From assembly GCA_965178125.1 (NCBI GenBank), contig OZ237777.1, forward strand, positions 124,001 through 187,823: 63,823 nucleotides of DNA, read 5' to 3'. Shown piece by piece: positions 53,301 to 63,823 of the stretch (position 1 is the first letter of the stretch; every line of letters begins with the position of its first letter). Source of the DNA: Bilabrum cf. latius (Eukaryota). A program made the translations under genes and the position numbers. The notes below the pieces were generated by a model, which was given only the letters and a program-made list of their open reading frames with translations, had not been told where the DNA came from and made no database searches.

Positions 53301-56085
53301 GTGAACCGAGGTTAAAGAAACGCAACACCAGTCCACCAAGACTTGATATTCGCATCTATACAGAACTCTCAGTACCGGTCTAACCGACCAACGCCGACTC
53401 TAAAACCCACTACTTGCCTCTGATGCGACCCTGATACGAGGCATTCATGGCGCTTCCGAGAGATTGTACCTACCACAAGACTATGGCAATTTCCAACAGT
53501 TGCGTAAATACAACATCTCGCTTATTCCACTTACACCTGGCATCCTAAAAGATCTTGCGCAGGCTCGCGGCTTTGTCGTCGGCATGCTAGATGGGGACAC
53601 TCTTTGGCATCAACGACAGCTACGCACCCCCTCGCTGCAGCAGTAAACGGCTGGTCAGGGGTGGCATTAGGGGCAAGGCACAATTCATGATGGAAGCGGA
53701 CAGTATCTTGCCGTTACGGTCTGATGAACATGAAATCATGCCCTCGAATGCTATTCGACTCAGATAAAAAGCCCAACTGAGCAATTTCGTGCGGATCTCA
53801 TCGGCCGGTGGGAGATCCATAGATCTGGCTACAATCTTCTGAATCAACGCTCCGGCGGCTTTGCTACTGGCCGACATCAGTGAAGCTAAACGATGGGCTT
53901 GCGAGCTGGTAACGAAGGTCACCATGTCTAGGCTGTCGTCGCGCTCCTGATCATCTTGGGTTCCTTTTGGCCCACCACGCCCACCGCTAGCGGAGGGCAA
54001 AGCCGGCTCCACAGATCGTGGATGGCGCGACTCTGCGGCAGCAGGACTGGTGCCTGTACTCCGAGATACCGAGCCCCCGTCCGGATCGATGGTTTGTTGC
54101 AATTGCGTTATCAGATGACTGGCTAACGAACAGCTAGCAGCAGTTGTGTTCACCTCGAATCGAACCTTTGCGGACCCTTTTTCAGGGAGCATTGCTGATA
54201 TCCTAGCGTTGGATTGATTGATGCAGTTCTGCAAATGCAACTCAAAGCCCCGAAGAGTATCGCCGTTCTTATCCTTGTGAAGAGACTTCAGCGCATGCTC
54301 TAGTGGAGTAGCGGGGGAAACATGATCCGACTAGGACTGGGCTGCTCGCCTGAAGCTATCAGGCATGTATACGCTGAAATCCTTTGACGTCAGAATCAGG
54401 AGCATCAATATAACTCTATGACGCATTGCTTTGCCCAATGTAGCTAGTCGTGACGATATCGCCTCGTCCGCGACTTTACCAGTACTGAACGCCAAGCAAT
54501 TTAAATTTTCACGGTGTACCTATGCAGCCGCAGGATGCCCCAAATACGGAGCAAATTGGTCCTTAAAATTGAGGGTTGTATGCAAGCTAGCCAGGGATGT
54601 CCCCTGCGTGATCCCGGCCAAGGCCTGCACAGATTCCTAGTTGAACAGTCGACCCAGTGTTGGGGTGGCGATGAGGCTTCCAGAGCTCTTAGCAGTTACT
54701 GTCCATCCGAGTCCAAACGAGATATAATGGTCCATGGGCGACATGACTTTAAGATGACCATCTGACATTTCCGAGCCTGCGACCGGTATATCGAAGTGCG
54801 ACACTCCAGCGGTATCCAACGGGCGAGAACTACTGCTAGACGAGTGCGCGCTACCCAGGGACGCAATCGTCGCCCCAACGCCGTCTGGGCTGCCCATGTG
54901 GCCGGACCCTGGCTCATCTATTGCACCCGAGTCCAGTGCAGCTGTTCCCTGGCCTCGACCCAATTCAAACGAAGCCAGGTCCCCACGCTGATGCCGAGTA
55001 GTGCTAGCACCACCGGCAGCCGCTTGCGACGACACCGACTTTGGTGCACCTGAACCCTTTCCAGCAATCTGGGCAAATCCAAGCTCAGACTTCTGCCCGA
55101 CGAGCGATACATGCAAGATGACCATTTTGGATGCAGTATAGCACAACTTCGCAAGCTGGTCAAACTTTTTGTCTGTCAAGCAGCCCCCTGACCGCTCCTT
55201 TAGCAAAGTTTGAATATCTGTCAATTTCCATCTTCCAATGGCGTTAGCTATACCTTCAACGATCGTCCCTGATGCCACCTTGCAATGAATTTTTGGCTAC
55301 GATTGCACTGCTTCGTGCTTTCGTGCCGGGTCAGCAACGATCGTGGTGCGGAACCTCGTTGAAACGTAAAGCGAAAGAAGGTGCGAATCAATCTGGAGCT
55401 TTTTGAATTGCTGCTACATTGAAACTAGGACTAGCCAAAGCAAGATCGATCTGGCAATGTCTTTGCTATTGCCGCTCAAAGACGGGATACGCATGTTAGT
55501 CCCCAAGCCGCTTTGGCCAATCGTGCTATCACGTCGGCCCATCGTGCGCTCCAGAACTTGAAGGTACTCATTGGGGAGCAGGAACGACACGTGTAAGTCA
55601 CCAAGCATAAATACTGAAGCTGAACACTAGCATTCACAAACCGCAGTTGGTGGGCGGCGCATCCAGTTTGCAGCTTGAATGAACCGCTTCACATCTACCA
55701 TACCCCCAATACATGACTTGTAGCCAATTGATTGGTCCTGACCACAAATTGTTTCGTAATAAATGCAGGTCTATGAGTCCGACGGAGGGTTCTGGTTGCT
55801 CGAAGATTTAACAATAAAATCACCATTTGACCCCGGCAAACTTATTAACAGCCCTTTTGGCACTTGACTAGCCAGACAACATAAAGTTACTGCATCTAGA
55901 TCTGGCTTACACGTGACCAACTATGCGGGAGTATGATTAAACAGTTTGGGCAAGGCAGTCTAGTCTACAGCCCCAACATCTTGATCCATGCATGCCAGAG
56001 CAAGGCTTGGAAACTCGGTTTCAGAACTCATCAAAATTCTAGCGATTTCAATATTGTCGGCGTATTCAAGTTGAGGCTTCGCCAT
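50365..56085 (-). CDS. Large protein (at least about 1900 aa) with a C-terminal USP (peptidase C19) domain; 5' end unresolved
   Basis: The frame is open from 56247 to TGA at 50365 with about 33 TAG and no TAA, TGA or frameshift. GIQNDGNTCYLNAPL[TAG]AL, H[TAG]QDCTEVL, YKCESC, PDVLVLHLLRF, YKLRSFVVHEG..GSGHYVAY, WYRCSD, KAYV. First ATG is at 56085; a GTGAGT donor-like site at 56251 suggests upstream exons. Confidence 0.93.
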
Positions 56086-56576
56086 AAGGGTCTAGAGTTG
56101 TTTGAATTGAACGTCACCCAAGGAGTTCAATGAATCTGTTTCTATAGCCTTCAACAAGTCTCTCGCTTTACCCTGCGTTGTAAAGACTGAAAATATCGTG
56201 AGACAATGTTGCCGGGATCTGTGTAGTACGGGTATACGGAGAATGACTCACGGCCCCAATGAATTTTGAACGGAATAAACCCAAGCACAACCTTCTCATC
56301 CGTTTGCTGATGGTCCACTCTGGTAAAAATCCCGATTCAGTCTGCATTGTACCAGAGGATAAGAATGTTTGCCGAAAAATTGAGCTAATTTCAATACAGT
56401 TCGGAGTGCTGAGCACTCAAAAAAAGTGCTCTCTCTATGAGTACATCTGAATTGCCACTGCAAGTGCACGCAACATTGATCCGAGCCGAGCACGCCAGAC
56501 CACTCGTGCCACTCTTACATAAGGGTAGAGGAACAACGTGAGCATTATAATGACAGAACACCAATCAAGTTATTCT

Positions 56577-57259
56577 TGTTATATGTACCCGGACATCAGG
56601 ATTGAAGCAACGGGGAGCAGAGGTGAGACGGAAGACGAGGTGGGCGCAGGAGGACAGGAGGTCAACTGCACGAGCGATGGGGCGGTCACGTCCATCGAGC
56701 TGATGTTGGGGCCGAACAAGAGCGGTTCTGCGGGCTCCGTATCCTGCTGGAATGGCTGCAGATGCGTCACGGCATTTCCAACGTCCGCGCTTTGCGGGAC
56801 TACGTGGAGAAGCGGCCCCCCACAGGATCGCACTACCTGTTCGCCGATGAGGGACCAGCCTTCACGTCAGCTACAGTCGCGCGTGAGCTCCGGCGATGCT
56901 GCACCAGCGAGGGGCGCACCCTCACCGGGCACTGCCTTCGGGTGACAGCTATCTCCACGCTATCCCGGCAAGGCTGCAGTGACGGCACTATCCAGCGCGC
57001 CGGTGGATGGGCCTCCACCAAGGCCGTGCGGGGGTACTGCAACGAGGCGCTGTTCGCGCTCAGCGCCCTTCCCCTGCCGGTCGGCACGGATCTGTCCCAG
57101 CCAACTCAGGTGTGGATGGCCGCGCTGGCACATGCAGCGCGAACTGTGTGCAAGTAATGGAAGTAATGGGAACTGCCAACCAGTGGGGATTGCAGCAGCC
57201 GTGAAGATGAGCCAGTGGGTGTGATTGAAGGAACGAATCTGATCTGTAGTCTAGGTTCA
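56577..57259 (+). mobile_element. 683-bp derivative of the tyrosine-recombinase retroelement carrying the recombinase C-terminal half
   Basis: Same termini as 40118-40726. ORF 56762..57157 has ALRDY..LF, GHCLR, GGWAS and RGY, matching the HxLR / GxW / catalytic Tyr pattern of DIRS-type recombinases. Confidence 0.88.
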
Positions 57260-58449
57260 ATTACAAAATCACCCACTGTGTTGATCCTAATGCCTTGTGG
57301 GGATCGGTAAGGATGCCAGAGTAGGAGCGCGTGAATGTCCTGTTGGGTTCCGATGGCAGTTGCGACCGGGAAGGTGCGACCAAGCCAACGGATTGCTTGC
57401 GATGACGCGCATACCCTCTCTGTGTTCAGGAGAGGGGCGGAGATTGGGTCATTTTTGCCCACCCTCCCAACCCCCTCCTCCTCGGCGGAGTAGTGCACGT
57501 GCTCTTCCCAGCAAAAGCACAGCCTGCTAGGGCCCTACCGTGCACGGGAAACTGATCTTTCCAGAGGGGGTAGTACTCACGATGGATGCGCGCAGGCCAC
57601 CGTGCGGTGCCAAGCAGGGGCAATCTACGGTCGGGTCGACCTTCGAGGACGAGTCCAGCACATGCTAGCCCTCTGGTTAGATTGTTGTCGGAACATGATT
57701 GGCGTCATAAATACCCCTGCATTATGGCTGGTACTACTTCCAGTTGCCACTCAGTACACTATTAAAACGTTTTTGCCCTCAGTGAGTACTAAAAAACATA
57801 ACTGGCCAAGCAATACACTACATGCAGTATTGCTTACCGCCATACCTGACGAGTGCAGTGCGCTCGCCTTCTGTTCGACTGCAGCAGTTGATCGCGTAGC
57901 TCGCTTACTGATTGCCACACCCTCAGGAGGATGGAGCAGGGGTTGTGCAGTCTCGCAGGCAAAACACAGCTGCAGCGCAATGTACACTAGCTAGTTCAGC
58001 CCATCCCACTGCTTTCCTCCATCCCACTACAATCCCGCTTTCCCCTTTAAGTCTCGTCCCAATCTTCCCTACACATGCGATCTGTTACGGAGGTTTATGC
58101 TTTTTACAGCGATAGTGGGTTCGGGCGGGGACCACGGGCTGGCGCAGTTTCGCTGCGAGCGCCGTCTATTTCCGCATATGTGATGATGCTCCGCTCGCGG
58201 GGTGACCCTGCGGAGCCGCTCGGAACAAAGGTGCACGTAACCCCACTGGGACCCTTCGGGATGCTTGCGCCCCTGGATTTGCCATTGATCCCAGCCATAG
58301 CACCGCCAGAGGCCTATGCTGCGTGGTGTTGCTTGTGGTCCTGTTTCTTGCATGCCTCTGACGCCTCGCCACTGCTTGTGCTGTGGGTCTATCAACTTCA
58401 GGGTTCCATCCGTGACGTTGCCAGTTATGGAAGCCTCGTGCTGACTTCG

Positions 58450-58800
58450 ACCTGCGTCGGTGGTACCCTCCTACGTACTGTTAGTCTATACAGTGTGGTG
58501 CGTACGTAGAAGGGTCCGCAGGTGGCAACTCTTCTGTTACGTACCCCGAAGCCTTAGCTCACAGCCCTGGCACGTTGGCTTGTCCACCGGCGGCACACAG
58601 GGCAGCATGCTGCACGCGTCGCATGCGCGGTCTTATTCTACACAGCAGCGCGCATGCAATCGACATGCAGCGCGGCCTCGCCAGGGGTTTCATGGTAGGT
58701 CGGCACGGACCTGTCTCAGCCAACTCAGGTGTGGAGAGCCGCGCCAACACATGCAGTGCGGACTGTGATGGCTGCTCGCATGCATCACCCGCAAGGCATC
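58450..58800 (+). repeat. Duplicate of 58830-58859 plus 61390-62190 with an internal deletion; contains the empty insertion site
   Basis: 58480-58697 matches 61390-61607 and 58698-58800 matches about 62084-62187. Confidence 0.9.
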
Positions 58801-58859
58801 GAGGAGCATCGCTACAATGATCTACAATGACCTGCGTCGGTGGTACCCTCCTACGTACT

Positions 58860-61389
58860 TGAACCTAGACTACAGATCAGATTTGTTCCTTCAACCACAC
58901 CCATTGGCTCATCTTCACGGCTGCTGCAAACTCCACTGGTTGGCAGTTACCAAAAAGAAAAATTCCTGCCCCCGGTCCCGCGGACCCACTGGGCTTCACC
59001 CCGAACGACTGGTTCTTCACCGGTCCACCTGAATGCGGTATTCATCTGACACTACGAATGTACACACCACTTTCCCCATGCACCCGACTGGCCTCGTCGC
59101 CACATGGCTTCCTGTTCCTGTTCCCCGCCCTAGGGACCGTGTGCTTTGCTCCCAGCATCGCCACCTTGGCCCTATCCTTTCAGCTTCGTGCGGCCTCTGG
59201 GCCATTCCTTGGCTGCCTTGCTGTGGCTGATGCCGAAACCGAGCCGCTCCGCCTCGCCCATGACGAGTGCCACGATCCACTCGGCGTGCCGCTGGCCGGC
59301 GAGCAACAGCTAGTCATCCGAGAACACGGTGGCACTCATCGCTGGTGATCTCGGGACCAAGTTGATGCGCTCCTGGATTCGCCTGTTGAACGCCGTCGAC
59401 ACCGTGCAGGCCCACGCCGCGCTAGAGCTGGACCCCATGGAAAGGCAGCAGTACATGGCCGCTCGTGCACCGGTGCGAGTCCATACGTGGAGCCCGTCGC
59501 GTGCCGCCAGTCGCATGGAGTAGAACCAACGGCTGAAGTCCGTGGGGCAGCCGACCATGCGCTCACCTGGAGGGAGGTCGCGCCGGAAGCGCACGGCCGC
59601 ACGCATCACGTCGCGAATCTCATCCAACGGGCAGTCGCAGTACCGCTTGTACCCGATGAAGGCGTTCGGGCCGAGCCCCCGTGTCGAAGAGACCTTGGCG
59701 GAGCCATCGACGATGGTGCGGAAGCTGCCCGCCTCCTTCTTGGCCACGAAACGCGTGGGGGACATGCGGGTCGGAGGGACGGCGCCCAGGTCGACCGGGA
59801 CTACCTGATGCTGACGGGGGGCCTCGCCGTGGGCAAGGTGTGCACTAGCCCTGGCGCCGGGCCAGGATTTGGCTCGCGCCGCGGCTGCCTCCTCCTCGGT
59901 GGCGTCTTCCGGGATGTCTGGCTGAGCATACCGAGGTTCCTCGATACTCCGATCTCGGGGGGCACCCGCCCCGGTGTCCACGCATGCAGGAAAGCCCCAT
60001 CGGAATCCCGCGAGCACGACTTCGTACAGGTGCAGGGACCGCCACTCCGTCGCGCTTCGTGGCTCCACGGGCGGGCACTTCTTGCCAAAGAACACCTCCA
60101 TGCGTGCGAGCCGGGCCTGGGTGGTGCGTGAGCCTGCATGGTCGCCGGTCGTGATGGCGGTGTCGGCGAAGATGTCCTGAGCCAGACGCGCCCTGGTACC
60201 GAGCGTGGCTGGTGCGGTGGAGGCCCACACCGGTGGAGCGGTGGTGAAGGCGCGCAAGTCCGTGGCAGGTAGGTCGTCCGTGGTCCGTGAGCCATCCAAC
60301 ATGGGCTCGGCTGCCGGTCCCGTACCACTCCGTGCCATCACTGAGGGCAGGGTGTGCGCGTTCCACGCCGCTCGTGCCGCACGTGCGGGTCCTTGTACCG
60401 CCTCGTGCAGTAGGCAAGCCGGGGGCTTGATCCGCCGCGTGGAATCCTGGATGGCTGCGGCAAGGCGGCCTGCCGTGAAGTCTGGCTACGAGGCAAGCGG
60501 CCCCGCTGTCGTCACGATGGCCTCCGGGAGGTCGTAGGCCCGCTCCGTACGGGTCATCTGCGCCGAGGGCACCCGGGAGCTGGCCGGTAGAACGTGCCCG
60601 CCCGCGCTCGTCCTTGTGCCCGCCTCCTGCGCCGTCTGCGCCGTCTGTGGCGTGGCCGAGGTGATGCCCTGCCCCTTGCTGCCGCCGCCGAGGCCATGGC
60701 CACTGTCGCTGGCGTTCGTGTGGCCAGTGCTGGCGGCTACGCGGGCGGAGCACCTGACTCAGCGGGCCCGGCCTGCCTGCCGTCGGCCCCGGCCCGCCAG
60801 CGCCGCTGGTCCGAAACCGTGCTGGCCAGGTGGCGAGGGTTGATGGGAGAACTTGTCCATCTGGTTACCGGCGGCTGCCTCCGGAGGTGCCGCGCCTGGT
60901 AGAGTGGTGCCTTCGTGCGCTGCACCTGAGCGGCTGCCCTTCCAGCTGCCGTCCGTCCGGGCAACCCTTGCGGGTGCCGGCCAATTTCCTCCTGCCATCC
61001 AGAGAACTCCTCCTTGTTCCCCAGAAGGGGCTGCCGCCGAAGAGTCGGCGTAGCCCTCATGAAAGCCGGCACCATGGGAGGCCAGTCCCATGGTGACGAC
61101 AGGAGCCCAGGTGCAACCCGAGCCCCAAATCCCCCTTGCGCCCAAGGCCAAGGTGCTCCCTAACAAGCGCCCCAGCTGGGCCCCTGCCCCAACGGCATGG
61201 CCCACTACGTCTGCCAGGGTTCTGCCCCAGCAGTAGTCGTCATTGGTGGTACCACGGCCCTCCTGACCGCTGGCACGCCCATCCTCCTGATTGCCCCCCA
61301 CGGGCCCGCCACTTGAGACAGCTGCCCACGTCTTCCGTCTCACCTCTGCTCCCCGTTGCTTCAATCCTGATGTCCGAGTACATATAACA
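58860..61389 (-). mobile_element. 2.5-kb derivative of the DIRS-order retroelement carrying ORF1 remnants and a truncated RT
   Basis: Same termini on the minus strand. RT at about 60341-59185: FVAKKEAGSFRTIVD, TDFSRWFY, YCCLSMGSSSSA, VFSDD, LGFGISHSKA. Confidence 0.88.
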
Positions 61390-61608
61390 GTTAGTCTATA
61401 CAGTGTGGTGCGTACGTAGAAGGGTCCGCAGGTGGCAACTCTTCTGTTACGTACCCCGAAGCCTTAGCTCACAGCCCTGGCACGTTGGCTTGTCCACCGG
61501 CGGCACACAGGGCAGCATGCTGCACGCGTCGCATGCGCGGTCTTATTCTACACAGCAGCGCACATGCAATCGACACGCAGCGCGGCCTCGCCAGGGGTTT
61601 CATGGTAG

Positions 61609-62620
61609 GTAACTGCGCGAGCGAGGGTGCGGTCACGTCCATCGAGCTGATGCTGGTGCCGATCAAGTGCTGGGGCAAACGGGCACTGCTTTTCAGCGAA
61701 GCACAGCCGGTCCGGTAGGCGGCTGGCACGGTACCAGCGCGGTATAGTGGACTCCATACCCTGCTTGAATGGCGTCAGAGGCGATACGGCATCTCCAACC
61801 TTCGCGTTGCGGGACTACGTCAAGACGTGGCCTCGCATTGGGCCAGATCACCTGTTCGCCGATGAGGGACAAGCCTCTCGTCATCTACTGTCGTGCTCAG
61901 GCGATGGTGCCCCAGCGGGGGGCGCACCCTCACCGGGTACTGCTTTCGGGATGTCAGCTGTCTCCACGCTGATTTGACAAGGCTGTAAAGACGGCTCAAT
62001 CATGCGCCTGGTTAGTCCTCCACCAGGGCCGTGCGGAGGTACTGCAACGAGGCGCTTTTTGCGCTCAGCGCCCTTCCCCTGCCGGTCGGCACGGACCTGT
62101 CTCAGCCAACCCAGGTGTGGATAGCCGCGCCAACACATGCAGTGCGGACTGTGATGGCTGCTCGCATGCATCACCCGCAAGGCATCGTGGAGCATCGTGT
62201 CAAGCTGGATCGTGACGGTCTTGTACCCCACGGGGCGCAGTTGACACTGCAACGGCCAAAGCAACGGATTGATTGTGTTCAGGGCGTTGCTGCTAAGCCT
62301 AGCGCTCCCACGTGTCGCTCCAGTTCCATCTTGTAGTCCACGGAGCCCGTCTTGATCACGTCGTCCAAGCGCGTGAGCATGCGCTGCTGCTGGCCAGCGG
62401 GCAGGACCATTGTCATGCTGTCGTATACCAACTCATCCAGCGGGCATGCTGGGACACCGGCGTGGTGCCCCCCGATGTTGGAGTATCGAGGAGCCTACGC
62501 AGAGATCCCGGATGACGCCACAAAGGAGGAGGCATCCGCGGCGCTAGTCAACTCCTGGCCCGGCTCCAGAGCTAGTGCACACGTTGCCCACGGGTATATA
62601 TAGAGATCCTTCGTCAGCAT
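61609..62620 (+). pseudogene. Older decayed pieces of the same retroelement family (recombinase at 61609-62160; pre-RT segment at about 62350-62600)
   Basis: 61609-62150 aligns with about 56661-57150. AEIPDDATKEEASAALVNSWPGSRASAHVAHG resembles PDIPEDATEEEAAAARAKSWPGARASAHLAHG in 59310..60341. Confidence 0.8.
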
Positions 62621-63823
62621 CAGGTAGTCTCAGTCGACCTGAACGCCATCCTCCCTCTCCCCCCACCCCACCACCTGCATGAACTTCACACGGGCAGCTT
62701 CCGCACCATCGTTGATGTTGCTGCCTCACACGGGCCCGCCACTTGAGACAGCTACCCACTCCACCGTGCGACTAACAGCACCGGCTGTGGTTAACACGCG
62801 GTGCTTCCGACTATGTTTGGTGGCCGTGCTGCCCCATTCAGAGCTGCTCCGTCATAACCGCCGCTGCTGCGCCGGTGGGGCTCATCACATCTCCGTGAGT
62901 GACCAGCTGAGCCCGTGCACCGGCCCCGCCAACGCGCTTTGCTCATCCAATCAGCTCTGGGTTGCCCATTGCCTCGTCCAAGCGGACGTACCCATGGAAC
63001 CGCAGATGTATTTCCTCCACTCCTACCCTCGCCTACCTGCCCAAGGTCATGTCCGAACGGCCTTGGCGTGCCTATGATCCCGGTGCCAAGCATGCCATTC
63101 CTGCCGTAGTGCAGCATCCACATGCCAAGACAAGTTGGGATTTTGCGATTAATCCGACAGTATTGATTGTCCCGTATGGCCGTGTCCCGCGCTGCGAAGC
63201 GGCATTTGTTGTACCTAGCCGTCGTGGGGCCCGAGTGCTGATGGGCCAGTGATGGCACCCCTCTGATCTTGCGCTTTACCAACGCTTCACAAGTAGTTCG
63301 TTTTGCTTTTGCAAAACTAGTACTGGTCCCGGTGGGGCTGTTTCATCCAAGCTATGCTGAATGGGCGGCAGAGATACAAGCATTCACAGACTAGACCCCT
63401 GATACAGTCTGTCGCAGACGTCTCGCTTCGCATCGCCCATGTGATTTCTACATCCACGTTTTACCCTTTTGCGGCTTCCATTGCTGATTGCAGACCGACG
63501 CAAGTCGGATATGATAGCAGTTGCAGTTGGCCGGACAACGATTTTCTCATGTCGGTAATGTGTCTTAACGAAACCCCATCCATGGCGCTTATTAGCAGAA
63601 TTGTTTTATCAATATTTACATGCCATGATAGACGTGCGCAAGAAGGCATACATGGCGGTTAGCATGATTTGCCGGAAATAGATTACTGCGCACGGCGCAC
63701 CCTATAACTATGCATGTAATAGCCGGCGTGCGCATGGTCTTCTCCTGCGCGGTTGGTGTTCCAGGGAAGCACCACATGAGTGAATATATGATATAGTGCT
63801 AGATTCAATTATTCCTAGGCGTT

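Noticed and set aside
23161-56247. RIP-like or methylation-driven CAG-to-TAG hypermutation as the cause of the stops
   Set aside because: Both USP frames have dozens of TAG but no TAA, TGA or frameshift and keep their catalytic residues, and the out-of-frame CAG sites I checked between LINE copies are retained. A few ACTAGC variants in the hexamer tract show the mutation does occur, so a formal test is still advisable.
59310-59312. TAG after FSDD as evidence for Gln
   Set aside because: This position is usually hydrophobic (often Trp) in DIRS RTs, so it could be a TGG-to-TAG lesion in a dead copy. It was not used as support.
1-63823. tRNA (including a CUA-anticodon tRNA-Gln) or rRNA genes
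   Set aside because: None was recognised by eye. A covariance-model scan is needed to exclude them.

Overview
GC-rich eukaryotic (protist-like) nuclear DNA, dense in repeats, with several host genes. The main observation is a non-standard genetic code. The supplied ORF track is fragmented because TAG behaves as a sense codon for glutamine, while TGA and TAA still end genes (equivalent to NCBI table 15). Read this way, short ORFs fuse into two long intact ubiquitin-specific protease (USP) genes (31930-35976 and 50365-56085, minus strand), a SET-domain ORF, a coiled-coil gene with a 38-nt GT-AG intron, and a single ~2200-codon non-LTR retrotransposon ORF (possible OTU-like domain, APE endonuclease, RT). 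TAG falls on the invariant Gln of the USP Cys box and QD box and of the RT QxGFR and PQG motifs. The window also holds a decayed SPRY/MORN/HECT E3 ligase pseudogene, a second LINE copy and a second LINE family. There are three internally deleted tyrosine-recombinase (DIRS-order) elements with shared termini, two of which demonstrably lack a target-site duplication. Tandem repeats include a 39-bp minisatellite, a 1.2-kb (ACCAGC)n tract and a 4.3-kb satellite built from 83- and 114-bp units. Translations and codon counts were done by hand and are approximate. No database searches were run and the organism is not identified.
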